Below, in pieces: positions 47,207 to 56,903 of a DNA stretch of 64,000 nt. The translations under genes and the position numbers were made by a program. Under the pieces are notes generated by a model, which saw nothing but the letters and a program-made list of their open reading frames with translations, did not search any database and was not told the DNA's origin. The DNA lies in assembly GCA_902576765.1 (NCBI GenBank), contig CACGWH010000002.1, forward strand, positions 9,672-73,671, written 5' to 3'. Within the stretch, counting starts at the first letter, position 1, and each line of letters begins with the position of its first letter. This DNA comes from an uncultured Pelagibacteraceae bacterium. Lineage in GTDB: Bacteria > Pseudomonadota > Alphaproteobacteria > Pelagibacterales > Pelagibacteraceae.

Positions 47207-47778
47207 AAAAAATTTACTTATTAATACTTATTCTTACTGGTATCACTTTAAACGTAAATGCTGAAACTAATCGTATATTTTCAGGAAATGAAAATGCAAA
47301 AATAACAATAATTGCTTATGAGTCTTTGACATGCAGTCATTGTGCTGATTTCCATAAAATTGTTTATCCAAAGCTAAAAAAAGATTTTATTGATACTGGT
47401 CATGTAAAATTAGAATTTAGACACTTCCCATTAGATATTGCAGCCCTTAATGCTGCGAAAATTGCCCAATGTAAAAAAGACCAAAGTTTAGAAATTTTAG
47501 AAAGTTTATATTTCAATCAACAAGATTGGGTAAAAGGTAGCACAATTGAAGAGGTAAATAACAATCTAAAATTATTTGTAAAAAATCAAGGATTTAACTT
47601 AAACTTTGAGGAATGTTTAAATAACAAAGTTATAGAAGACTTTATTTTAAATGATCGAGTCGAAGGCACTAAAAATTTCAAAGTGAATGCTACTCCTACG
47701 ATAATAATCAATAATGAAAAGTTTGAAAAATCACTAAATTATAAAAATTTAAAAAAAACTCTAGAAAAACTGATATAA
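47203..47778 (+). CDS. DsbA-family thioredoxin-fold protein
   Basis: Signal peptide, CSHC, RHFPLD, ATPT. Confidence 0.9.
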   Translation: MKKIYLLILILTGITLNVNAETNRIFSGNENAKITIIAYESLTCSHCADFHKIVYPKLKKDFIDTGHVKLEFRHFPLDIAALNAAKIAQCKKDQSLEILESLYFNQQDWVKGSTIEEVNNNLKLFVKNQGFNLNFEECLNNKVIEDFILNDRVEGTKNFKVNATPTIIINNEKFEKSLNYKNLKKTLEKLI

Positions 47779-47786
47779 GTTAGTTT

Positions 47787-50183
47787 ATGGAGTTTAAAAA
47801 AATCCAACTTAATGGATTTAAATCTTTTGCTGATAAAACTAGTTTCCTTATTGAGGAAGGTTTAACAGGTATAGTCGGTCCAAATGGTTGTGGAAAATCA
47901 AACATTGTTGAGTCCCTTAGGTGGGTAATGGGAGAAACCTCAGCTAAAAGCATGAGAGGGTCTGGCATGGAGGATGTTATCTTTTCTGGTACCTCGAATA
48001 AACCATCTAAAAACATTGCTGAAGTTTCTGTAACAGTGGAAAATAAAAATAATGAGGGTCCAATTCAATTCAGAGAACAAAGTGAGGTAAATGTAAGACG
48101 TAAAATTGAGAAGGATAAAGGTTCAAAATTTTACATGAATGACAAAGAAGTTAGGGCTAGAGATGCCCAAATGTTTTTTGCTGATTTATCTACAGGAGCT
48201 CACTCTCCTTCAATGATTAGCCAAGGTCGTATCGGAGCATTGGTTACAGCGAAACCGACTGATAGAAGAGCAATTTTAGAAGAAGCAGCTGGAATTTCTG
48301 GTCTACACGTAAGAAGACATGAGGCTGAATTAAGATTAAATGCTGCAGAAAATAATCTTAAAAGAGCAGACGAACTAAGAAGACAACAGGAAAAACAACT
48401 GGCTAATTTACAAAAACAGGCTGAAGAAGCTACCAAATATAAAAATATTTCTGATGATATAAAAAAAATTGAGGCTGGTTTATATTACTTAAAATTAATC
48501 GAGATTGACAAAGAAATAAGAGTTGAAAACGAGATAAATACAGAGGCTGAGGGAGAGGTAAGTGGTTTTAACAATAAAATTTTTGAGATAGAAAGTTTGA
48601 TAAAATCCGAGACAGACAAAGTAACACCATTAAGAGAAAAAAATATTGAAAATTTATCTACAATTCAAAGACTTAATTTGGAACTCCAGGGTTTAGATGA
48701 AGAGAACACAAGAATTCAAGATCAGATAAAAGATATAAAATCCTCAATTCAAACATTAGAAGATGATATTAGTAGAGAGAAAGGAATAGTAATTGATGCA
48801 AATTCTAATGAAAAAAGACTTAAGGAAGAAAAGAATGATCTAATTGAAGTTGACTCAAAATATTATGAAACAGAAAAAAAATCTAATGAAGATTTAAATA
48901 AATCAAAAAATCAATTAAATTTAGAAATAAATAAAATAAAAGAATTAATCAATTCACAAAAAAATAATCAAGCAATTGATGTTCTTGAAAATTTTAAAAC
49001 TATAATCGAAGAATATGCCGACAGCTATAGTAAAAACCAAAATATAAAAAAAGAATCTGTCAAAAGGAATGAGAGAATAAATATAATAGATAATGAAATA
49101 GAAAGTTGGAAAAATTTATTATCAAGCTCTGAAAAAATGGTTTCTGAATTAACTGAGAGAAAAAAGAAATTAAATTTACAATTAGAAAAATTAGATAATC
49201 AACCAAAATTACAAGCAGAAAAAAAAGGTCAAATTTCTGAGGGGTTGAGAATTTCCGAAAAAGAAAAAAATGACAATGATTTAATCATAAATGAAACTGA
49301 TGAAAAAATTGAGACACTAAGATCTGAATTAAACGACATTCAAGAACAATCGATACAAATACGTGAAAGAAAAGCAAGCTCGAGTGCAACGATTGAGGGA
49401 CTAAAAAAAAGGAAAATGGATTTAGTAGATAGAATTAATTCAGAATTAAATTTAAACGAGGATAATATTTTAGAAAATTCAAATTTATTTGGAAAAGAAG
49501 AACTTCCAGACGCAGTAAATCAAGAGGATTTACTCGATAAAAAAAAACAAGAAAGAGAAAAATTAGGATCTGTAAATTTAAAAGCTGATGAAGAAACAAA
49601 TAAATATGAAACAGAAATAAAAAAAATGGAGCAAGACAGAGCAGATTTAGTTACAGCAATAATAAAGTTAAAAGATAGTATCAATGAGTTAAATCAAAAG
49701 GGGAGAGAGAGATTGATTGATGCTTTTGAAAAAGTTAATAGAAAATTTAACGAAGTTTACACAAAATTATTCAATGGTGGTAACGCAAAATTAGAATTAG
49801 TAGATTCTGATGATCCCCTAGAAGCAGGCTTAGAAATGTTAGTTAGTCCTCCCGGTAAAAGACTTCAATCAATTACTTTGTTATCTGGTGGAGAGCAAGC
49901 TTTAACGGCGCTATCTCTAATCTTCGCTGTTTTTTTAACCAACCCATCACCTATATGTGTTCTTGATGAAGTAGATGCTCCATTAGATGACGCTAATGTT
50001 ACTAGATTTTGTAACTTGCTAGATGAACTCACAAAAATTACCAATACAAAATTTATAATTGTTACTCACCATGCTTTAACCATGTCTAAAATGAATAGAC
50101 TTTATGGTGTTACTATGCCTGAAAAAGGAATTAGTCAGTTAGTTGCTGTAGATTTACAAAAAGCAGAAAGTATGGTTGCCTAA
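47787..50183 (+). CDS. smc: SMC-family chromosome segregation ATPase (short form)
   Basis: GFKSF, GPNGCGKSN, QG Q-loop, LSGGE, LDEVDAPLD, VTH; coiled coils; only 798 aa. Confidence 0.92.
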   Translation: MEFKKIQLNGFKSFADKTSFLIEEGLTGIVGPNGCGKSNIVESLRWVMGETSAKSMRGSGMEDVIFSGTSNKPSKNIAEVSVTVENKNNEGPIQFREQSEVNVRRKIEKDKGSKFYMNDKEVRARDAQMFFADLSTGAHSPSMISQGRIGALVTAKPTDRRAILEEAAGISGLHVRRHEAELRLNAAENNLKRADELRRQQEKQLANLQKQAEEATKYKNISDDIKKIEAGLYYLKLIEIDKEIRVENEINTEAEGEVSGFNNKIFEIESLIKSETDKVTPLREKNIENLSTIQRLNLELQGLDEENTRIQDQIKDIKSSIQTLEDDISREKGIVIDANSNEKRLKEEKNDLIEVDSKYYETEKKSNEDLNKSKNQLNLEINKIKELINSQKNNQAIDVLENFKTIIEEYADSYSKNQNIKKESVKRNERINIIDNEIESWKNLLSSSEKMVSELTERKKKLNLQLEKLDNQPKLQAEKKGQISEGLRISEKEKNDNDLIINETDEKIETLRSELNDIQEQSIQIRERKASSSATIEGLKKRKMDLVDRINSELNLNEDNILENSNLFGKEELPDAVNQEDLLDKKKQEREKLGSVNLKADEETNKYETEIKKMEQDRADLVTAIIKLKDSINELNQKGRERLIDAFEKVNRKFNEVYTKLFNGGNAKLELVDSDDPLEAGLEMLVSPPGKRLQSITLLSGGEQALTALSLIFAVFLTNPSPICVLDEVDAPLDDANVTRFCNLLDELTKITNTKFIIVTHHALTMSKMNRLYGVTMPEKGISQLVAVDLQKAESMVA

Positions 50184-50198
50184 TAGAACTGATCAGGA

Positions 50199-50474
50199 AT
50201 GCCAAAAGACACATTTAAAACTCGCTTAGAAATTGCAAAAAAAAAAGCTTTAAAAAGAAATCCTAACACAAAAAAACATGATCCATCGCCAATTGGCACC
50301 GCTTTTAAGCTAAGTACAGAACTTGTATCAGCTGTAGCTGTAGGGACAATTATTGGGTTTATTTTAGACAAGACCTTTGGTACTAAACCATGGTTAATTT
50401 TAATATTTTTTTTTGTAGGCGTAATTGCTGGAATAACCAATGTAATTAAATCTGCAAAAAAAATGCAAAAATAA
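50199..50474 (+). CDS. atpI: ATP synthase protein I (AtpZ/AtpI family)
   Basis: ELVSAVAVG..IGFILDK.FGTKPW; first gene of the F0 operon. Confidence 0.88.
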   Translation: MPKDTFKTRLEIAKKKALKRNPNTKKHDPSPIGTAFKLSTELVSAVAVGTIIGFILDKTFGTKPWLILIFFFVGVIAGITNVIKSAKKMQK

Positions 50475-50483
50475 AAATTTTTT

Positions 50484-51218
50484 ATGGCAGCTAATCCAAT
50501 GACCCAATTCGAAGTTTACAGAATTGGTCCAGAAATCAAGATAGGATCTTTCGATATTTCATTTACAAATGCAAGTTTGTTTATGGTTATAAGTTCGTTG
50601 GCAATTTTGATAATTTTTAATTTAGGATCTAAAAAAAATTCTTTATTGCCAAATAAGATTCAGCTTCTGGCAGAATTAAGTTATACCTTTGTTTCCAAAA
50701 TGATAAGTGATACAGCAGGCTCAAAAGCTAAACCTTATTTTGCTTTCATTTTTTCATTATTTATGTTTGTTCTTTTTTGTAATATGTTTGGTATGATTCC
50801 ATACACATTTACAGTTACTAGTCATATTATCGTAACTTTTGTACTTGCTGCATTTATTTTTATTGGAGTAACAATAATTGGGTTTATTAAGCACGGATTT
50901 GGTTATTTGAAACTATTTGTACCTAGTGGAGTACCAGTCGTACTTCTGCCACTTATAGTAATTATTGAAATTATATCATATTTAAGTAGACCAATAAGTT
51001 TATCTGTTAGGCTTTTTGCTAACATGATGGCTGGTCATACTATGATGAAAGTTTTCGGAGGCTTTGTAATAAGTCTTGGAATAGTCGGTGGATGGCTTCC
51101 ACTGAGTTTTTCGGTTGCCTTAACTGGTTTGGAGATCTTAGTTGCTTTTCTTCAAGCATATGTTTTTGCAATCTTAACCTGCATCTATTTGAATGATGCA
51201 TTAAACTTACACCATTAA
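50484..51218 (+). CDS. atpB: ATP synthase F0 subunit a
   Basis: SLSVRLFANMMAGH, LQAYVF. Confidence 0.97.
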   Translation: MAANPMTQFEVYRIGPEIKIGSFDISFTNASLFMVISSLAILIIFNLGSKKNSLLPNKIQLLAELSYTFVSKMISDTAGSKAKPYFAFIFSLFMFVLFCNMFGMIPYTFTVTSHIIVTFVLAAFIFIGVTIIGFIKHGFGYLKLFVPSGVPVVLLPLIVIIEIISYLSRPISLSVRLFANMMAGHTMMKVFGGFVISLGIVGGWLPLSFSVALTGLEILVAFLQAYVFAILTCIYLNDALNLHH

Positions 51219-51224
51219 TTAACA

Positions 51225-51232
51225 TAAGGAGG
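51225..51232 (+). promoter_or_regulatory. Strong Shine-Dalgarno site of atpE
   Basis: TAAGGAGG ending 5 nt before ATG 51238. Confidence 0.85.
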
Positions 51233-51237
51233 ATATA

Positions 51238-51465
51238 ATGGAATTAGAAGCAGCAAAAATGATCGGAGCAGGTTTAGCAGCCATTGCTTTAGCTGGTGCC
51301 GGTGTTGGTATTGGTATAATTTTTGGAAATTATTTGTCTGGAGCAATGAGAAATCCTTCTGCAGCACAAAAACAATTTCCTAATTTGCTTTTAGGTTTTG
51401 CACTTGCAGAAGCAACAGGATTGTTTGGATTGGTTGTAGCGTTAATCATTCTTTTTGCGTTTTAA
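51238..51465 (+). CDS. atpE: ATP synthase F0 subunit c
   Basis: GAGVGIG, RNP loop, FALAEA. Confidence 0.98.
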   Translation: MELEAAKMIGAGLAAIALAGAGVGIGIIFGNYLSGAMRNPSAAQKQFPNLLLGFALAEATGLFGLVVALIILFAF

Positions 51466-51469
51466 TTTA

Positions 51470-52060
51470 ATGATTAAAAAAATATTTTTTCAGTCGATAT
51501 TTTTTAATTTCTTTTTTCTAAAAGAAGTTTTTTCAGCTGAAAGTGGAGGTATGCCTCAATTAAATCCTGAATTTTGGATTTCACAAATTTTCTGGCTTTC
51601 ACTTACTTTTGGTATTTTGTATATTGTTTTATCAAAATTAATTTTACCTAAGATAAGTGCTAATTTAGAATTGAGAAAATCTCAAATACAAGAAAATATT
51701 GAAGCAGCAGAAAAACAAAGGCAAAGTAGCGAAGCTAAACTTAAAGAATATGAAGAAATAGTGGTAAAGAGTAAAATAGAAGCAAAAAACATTTTTAAAG
51801 ATGCTAGAGAAAAAGCTTTGAAAAATATTAATTCTAAAAAGGAAAACTTAGATCAACAGATAGATGAAGAAATAAAAAAAGCAGAAAAAGAAATTGACGT
51901 GCTAAAAAAGAATGCTCCAGAAAAAATCAATAAAATTGCGATTGAAACTTCCTCTGAAATATTAAAAAAATTAATTGGAGCTGATGTTAACAATAGTAGT
52001 ATCTCTGCTATAGTGGATGACTTATCAAAAAGGGGTGGAAATAAATACTATGGAAATTGA
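51470..52060 (+). CDS. ATP synthase F0 subunit b'
   Basis: GMPQL...SQIFWL, TM plus coiled coil; start taken at ATG 51470. Confidence 0.9.
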   Translation: MIKKIFFQSIFFNFFFLKEVFSAESGGMPQLNPEFWISQIFWLSLTFGILYIVLSKLILPKISANLELRKSQIQENIEAAEKQRQSSEAKLKEYEEIVVKSKIEAKNIFKDAREKALKNINSKKENLDQQIDEEIKKAEKEIDVLKKNAPEKINKIAIETSSEILKKLIGADVNNSSISAIVDDLSKRGGNKYYGN

Positions 52061-52547
52061 TTCAACTTTCTGGGTAGCAGTTTCATTTTTTATTTTTTTT
52101 GGAGCACTTATATACTTAAAAGTCCCTCAAAAAGTAAACGAGACCCTAAACAAGCTAATTTCGGATATCAAAAATGAAATCGATGAAAGTGAAAAACTTA
52201 GAACTGAAGCAAAAAAATTATTAGATAATGCTCAAAGCAAATTAGATACTGCTCAATCGGTAAGTAACGAGATACTTGAACAAGCAAAAAAAGATAGTGA
52301 TAAAATGATAATTGAACTCAATGATAAATTTCATAAATCCTCAGAAATTAAAAAGAATTTAGCTGAAAATAAAATTAGTCAAATGAAAGAAGCAGCTATC
52401 AAGGATATTAAAAAAGCCTCAATCAAAATAGCAATGGACTCTGTAAAAAAAATTATTACTACATCGGTAGATAAATCAAAACTTGATACATTGTTTCAAA
52501 AAAATTTAGATGAAACAAAAGAAGAGTTAAAAAAAATTAATTCATAA
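52050..52547 (+). CDS. atpF: ATP synthase F0 subunit b
   Basis: DSTFWVAVSFFIF TM plus coiled coil; ATG 52050. Confidence 0.9.
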   Translation: MEIDSTFWVAVSFFIFFGALIYLKVPQKVNETLNKLISDIKNEIDESEKLRTEAKKLLDNAQSKLDTAQSVSNEILEQAKKDSDKMIIELNDKFHKSSEIKKNLAENKISQMKEAAIKDIKKASIKIAMDSVKKIITTSVDKSKLDTLFQKNLDETKEELKKINS

Positions 52548-52586
52548 TACTCTTACATTTTTCCAAAAAAACTATAGATTATCATA

Positions 52587-54047
52587 ATGAACTCTATTGT
52601 AATTGGGTCTGGATTTGGTGGCATAGCAGCGGCACTCCGGCTAAAAGCTAAAGGGCACAAAGTTACATTGATCGAGAAACATCCAGACCTTGGTGGAAGA
52701 GCACGTGTTTTTAAAAAGAATGGGTTTATATATGATGGTGGCCCAACAGTAATTACTGCTCCATATCTTATTAATGAATTATTTGAACTATTTTCAAAAG
52801 ACCCAAAAAATTACATTGAACTAACACCTCTTAAAGTTTGGTACCAGTTTATCTTTGAGGACAAAACTAAGTTTAATTATTCAGGCGATGAGCAAGAAAT
52901 GAAAAGACAAATTGAGAAATTAAATAAGAATGATGTTGAGGGCTACGAAAAATTAGTAAATTTTACTAAAAAAATTTTTGATAAAGGTTTTACTGAACTG
53001 GCTGATGTGCCATTCGATAGACCATTAGTAATGGCGCAACAATTACCAGCTCTTTTAAAACTAAAAAGCTACAAGTCAGTTTATTCATTAGTTTCATCAT
53101 ATGTAAAAAATGAAAAATTGAGAAGAATGTTAAGTATGCACCCATTACTTGTTGGGGGCAATCCTTTTACAACAACATCAATTTATGGATTAATTTTATA
53201 TTTAGAAAAAAAATGGGGAATACATTATTCGATGGGAGGAACTGGAAATATCATAAAAGGTTTTGAAAGATTGATGGATGAGGAGGGAATAAAAATAATC
53301 AAAGGTCATGAAGTAACAAAAATAATTTCAGATAAAAAAAGAATAACTGGTGTTCAACTTAACGACCAAACTATATTACAATCTAACTATGTCATTTGTA
53401 ATGCAGACCCACCTGCTGTTTATGAAAAAATGTTGAATGGAAACACAAATAACTCTTTTCTTTTTAAATGGAAAAAAAATCGAATGGAATATTCAATGGG
53501 CTTATTTGTTTATTACTTTGGTACTAAAATAAAATATGAAAATGTAGAGCATCATACAATTAAGTTTGGCAACAAATATAAAGAACATCTAGATGATATA
53601 TTTAATAATAAAAAGTTAAATGATGATATTAGTTATTATCTACACAGACCATCTTCAACTGATAAATCTATGGCACCTGAAGGAAACGATTGTTTTTATG
53701 TACTTGTGCCTGTTCCAAATAATCAATCAAAAATTAATTGGTCTGTAGAGGGAGAAAAAATGAAAAATTTAGTAATCAATAAAATGCAAAATGATTTAAT
53801 GCCTAATCTTAAAGAAAATATTGTTGAGGATTTTTATTTAACCCCGGATTACTTTGAAAAAGATTTAAACACTAAGTATGGTTCGGGTTTTTCAATTCAA
53901 CCAAAATTTTCTCAATCAGCTTATTTTAGATTCCATAACAAATCTGAGATTTATAAAGGGCTTTATTTTGTAGGTGCAGGTACTCACCCAGGTGCTGGTG
54001 TGCCCGGCGTTCTTTCATCAGCAAAAGTATTAGATAAAATCTTATAA
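52587..54047 (+). CDS. crtI: Phytoene desaturase
   Basis: GSGFGG, GGRA, DGGPTVIT, GAGTHPGAGVPGV. Confidence 0.95.
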   Translation: MNSIVIGSGFGGIAAALRLKAKGHKVTLIEKHPDLGGRARVFKKNGFIYDGGPTVITAPYLINELFELFSKDPKNYIELTPLKVWYQFIFEDKTKFNYSGDEQEMKRQIEKLNKNDVEGYEKLVNFTKKIFDKGFTELADVPFDRPLVMAQQLPALLKLKSYKSVYSLVSSYVKNEKLRRMLSMHPLLVGGNPFTTTSIYGLILYLEKKWGIHYSMGGTGNIIKGFERLMDEEGIKIIKGHEVTKIISDKKRITGVQLNDQTILQSNYVICNADPPAVYEKMLNGNTNNSFLFKWKKNRMEYSMGLFVYYFGTKIKYENVEHHTIKFGNKYKEHLDDIFNNKKLNDDISYYLHRPSSTDKSMAPEGNDCFYVLVPVPNNQSKINWSVEGEKMKNLVINKMQNDLMPNLKENIVEDFYLTPDYFEKDLNTKYGSGFSIQPKFSQSAYFRFHNKSEIYKGLYFVGAGTHPGAGVPGVLSSAKVLDKIL

Positions 54048-54898
54048 TGTCTAATAATAGTTACTTGTCTGTTTATGCTAAATCATTTAGTTGGGCTGGT
54101 TTTTTTTTACCAAAAAAAACATTTAATAAATGCTCAGCTTTATACGATTTTTGTAGAGTTGCAGACAACTTAGCCGATGATGAAGAGAAGATTGAAAATA
54201 AAGAAAAAAAATTTAATCAATTTGAGAAAGATTTTAATCAAAAAAACTTTGATAATCCTATTATCAAAAATATGTGGGATCTTATTGATGAATTCAATAT
54301 ATCTTTGAAAATTGTTCACGATTTATTGATTGGGATTAAATCAGACATAAAAGAAAGTGTTAAATTAAATTCAAAAAAAGATTTGCTAATTTATTCATAC
54401 AGAGTCGCTGGAACAGTTGGATTAATGATGGCAAAAATTTTAAGAGTAAGTAAAAAAAGTTCACTAAAATCAGCTATCGACCTTGGAATAGCAATGCAAC
54501 TTACCAATATATCAAGAGATGTGATAGAGGATTATAAAAATAATCGTTCTTACATTGACAAAAATTTCGAAGAAATTTCATCAACTGTTAATTTGGCTGA
54601 AACTTTCTATGAAAATTCTTTTTATTCAATTAAGGATATACCAATAAGTTTTCGTTTTTCAATTTTAGTTGCAAGAAGAGTTTATAGAAAAATAGGACAT
54701 AAAATTCTTAATAAAAAAAACTTAAATAATTATCAAAATTCAGGAAAAATATATGTTTCTAATGCAGAAAAGGTCTTGGAGACTTTCCTTTCAATTATTG
54801 ACTTAATTAAACTATCATTTGTTTATAAAAAAGATGAACAAATAAAACACGATCATAATTTGATAAATGAAGAAATTAATTTAGATGAAAGAATTTGA
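54047..54898 (+). CDS. crtB: Phytoene synthase
   Basis: KSF, YDFCRVADNLAD, YRVAGTVG, LGIAMQLTNISRDV.ED. Confidence 0.93.
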   Translation: MSNNSYLSVYAKSFSWAGFFLPKKTFNKCSALYDFCRVADNLADDEEKIENKEKKFNQFEKDFNQKNFDNPIIKNMWDLIDEFNISLKIVHDLLIGIKSDIKESVKLNSKKDLLIYSYRVAGTVGLMMAKILRVSKKSSLKSAIDLGIAMQLTNISRDVIEDYKNNRSYIDKNFEEISSTVNLAETFYENSFYSIKDIPISFRFSILVARRVYRKIGHKILNKKNLNNYQNSGKIYVSNAEKVLETFLSIIDLIKLSFVYKKDEQIKHDHNLINEEINLDERI

Positions 54899-55952
54899 TT
54901 ATATTATTATTGGTGGTGGTTGTGCCGGTTTATCACTTGCATATGAATTAGAAATCAATGAAAAATTAAAAGATAAAACTTTGGCTATTATTGAACCAAG
55001 ACTAGAATATAAAAGGGATAAAACATGGTCTTTCTGGAAAGTAGTGCCCCACAATTTTGATGATTGCGTTAAAAAAAATTGGCAAAATTTTTCAATCAAC
55101 ATTCCAGGTAAAACCAATCATCTAGAATGTAAAGATTATCCATACCAAAGTATTGATAGTGGTTTATTTTATGAAAAAATAAATAATAAACTTAAAAAGA
55201 ATAAAAATATTTATTTCTATAAAGATACAAAAGAGATCAATACAAGAAATTCATTCATCTTCAATAGCGTACCAAATATAAAAAAAAATCATCTTAATCT
55301 TTGGCAACATTTTTGTGGCGTAGAAATTGAAACCAAAACAAATTATTTTGACAATGAAATTTTTAATTTGATGGACTTTGATTGCGAACAAAGAGATAGT
55401 GTTCATTTTTTTTATACACTTCCCTATTCAAAAAATAAGGCTCTAGTTGAGACAACTTGGCTATCAAAAATGAATGACAACTCTCAAAAAGACTATGATA
55501 AACAAATTAAAGATTACATTAATAAGCATCTTAAAATTAAAGATTATGAAATCACATACAGAGAGAAAGGTGCAATTCCCCTCTTCTATCCATTGAATGA
55601 AAAAGAAAAAAATAAAATAAATATTGGAACTGCTGGTGGTATGACAAGACTAAGCACTGGATATACTTTTTTAAATATACAAGAACATAGTAAATTTATT
55701 AGAAAAAATATTGAAAGTATTCATAATACTAAAAAATTTGAAATTAATAAAAAATATCAATTTTTGGATGAAATATTTTTACGTGTTCTTGAAAAACACC
55801 CAAAAAAAATGTCAGAAATTTTTTTTAAAATGTTTCAAAGCTCACCTAAAACAATTATCAAATTTTTGTCCAATAAGAGTAATTTTCTTGAAGATTTGAC
55901 TATAATTTTAAAAATGCCAAAATGGATTTTTATTAAAGCTTTATTTTATTAA
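54885..55952 (+). CDS. crtY: Lycopene beta-cyclase
   Basis: GGGCAG, DKTWSFW, LMDF, FFYTLP, GAIP, GTAGG..STGY. Confidence 0.88.
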   Translation: MKEFDYIIIGGGCAGLSLAYELEINEKLKDKTLAIIEPRLEYKRDKTWSFWKVVPHNFDDCVKKNWQNFSINIPGKTNHLECKDYPYQSIDSGLFYEKINNKLKKNKNIYFYKDTKEINTRNSFIFNSVPNIKKNHLNLWQHFCGVEIETKTNYFDNEIFNLMDFDCEQRDSVHFFYTLPYSKNKALVETTWLSKMNDNSQKDYDKQIKDYINKHLKIKDYEITYREKGAIPLFYPLNEKEKNKINIGTAGGMTRLSTGYTFLNIQEHSKFIRKNIESIHNTKKFEINKKYQFLDEIFLRVLEKHPKKMSEIFFKMFQSSPKTIIKFLSNKSNFLEDLTIILKMPKWIFIKALFY

Positions 55953-55958
55953 ACCCGA

Positions 55959-56903
55959 ATGAATATGAACCTAAAAAAAGTAAATCTTAATCATTCTTTT
56001 ATTTTTTTTTTATTCTGTAACATTTTTTCTTTAATACTATTTAAATTTAATAACTTTATATTGTCACCATTGTTTTGTTTATTTTTAATTTTAATCATTG
56101 GTGTATCACATGGATCTTTGGATCATGTCAAAGGTGGGAAACTTATAAAGATTTTTAAAATTGAAAATATGACTTTATTTTATATTTCATATATCTTAAT
56201 AGCTGTAATTGTTATAACACTTTGGGTTTTAGCACCATCTATCTTGTTAATAATATTTCTATTGGTTGCCTCGTATCATTTTGGTAAAGAGGATACACAA
56301 TTTTTACATAATTATAATTCAAATTTTATGAGTATATTGTATTTCCTAAAAGGATCTTTTGTTATTTTAGCACCATTGTATTTTCATTTTGAAGAAACCA
56401 TTGAAATATTTAAATTATTATTAATTGATAATGAAAATTTTTATTCAAGTTTAAGTTTTATTGAGAATAATAGATTAATAGATTTAGGGATAATCTTAAG
56501 CTCTATTTCGAGTATTATTTTATTTATTAAAAAATTTAATTTAAAAAATTTTTCTATTTTTTTTGATTATTTTTCAATATTAATTTTAAATTACTATCTC
56601 TCTCCTTTGATTGCATTTACTGCTTATTTTTGCTTTTTACATTCTGTAAGACATAGCATGACATTAATTTATGAATTAGATAACAATAATATGAAAAATG
56701 GTTTGTTGATTTTTATTAAAAAAGCTATGCCACTTACTGTATTAACTGCTGTTATTTGTTTAATTGGTATTTATTTGCTCAATTTTAAATATGAATTTAA
56801 CGACTCAATTATTAAAGTCATATTTATAGGTTTGGCGTCTTTAACATTTCCACATATATTACTCGAGTATCTTTTAGATAAAAATGAAAAACAAAGAACT
56901 TAA
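55959..56903 (+). CDS. blh: Beta-carotene 15,15'-dioxygenase (Brp/Blh)
   Basis: GVSHGSLD, YHFG, YFCFLHS.RH, LTFPH (four His ligands); multi-TM. Confidence 0.92.
   Translation: MNMNLKKVNLNHSFIFFLFCNIFSLILFKFNNFILSPLFCLFLILIIGVSHGSLDHVKGGKLIKIFKIENMTLFYISYILIAVIVITLWVLAPSILLIIFLLVASYHFGKEDTQFLHNYNSNFMSILYFLKGSFVILAPLYFHFEETIEIFKLLLIDNENFYSSLSFIENNRLIDLGIILSSISSIILFIKKFNLKNFSIFFDYFSILILNYYLSPLIAFTAYFCFLHSVRHSMTLIYELDNNNMKNGLLIFIKKAMPLTVLTAVICLIGIYLLNFKYEFNDSIIKVIFIGLASLTFPHILLEYLLDKNEKQRT

Noticed and set aside
46715-50183. SMC-like ATPase as a Wadjet/Lamassu/SbcC defence or repair system
   Set aside because: Head motifs and the mutY-DUF721-dsbA-smc context match housekeeping Smc; there are no jet, effector or sbcD partners.
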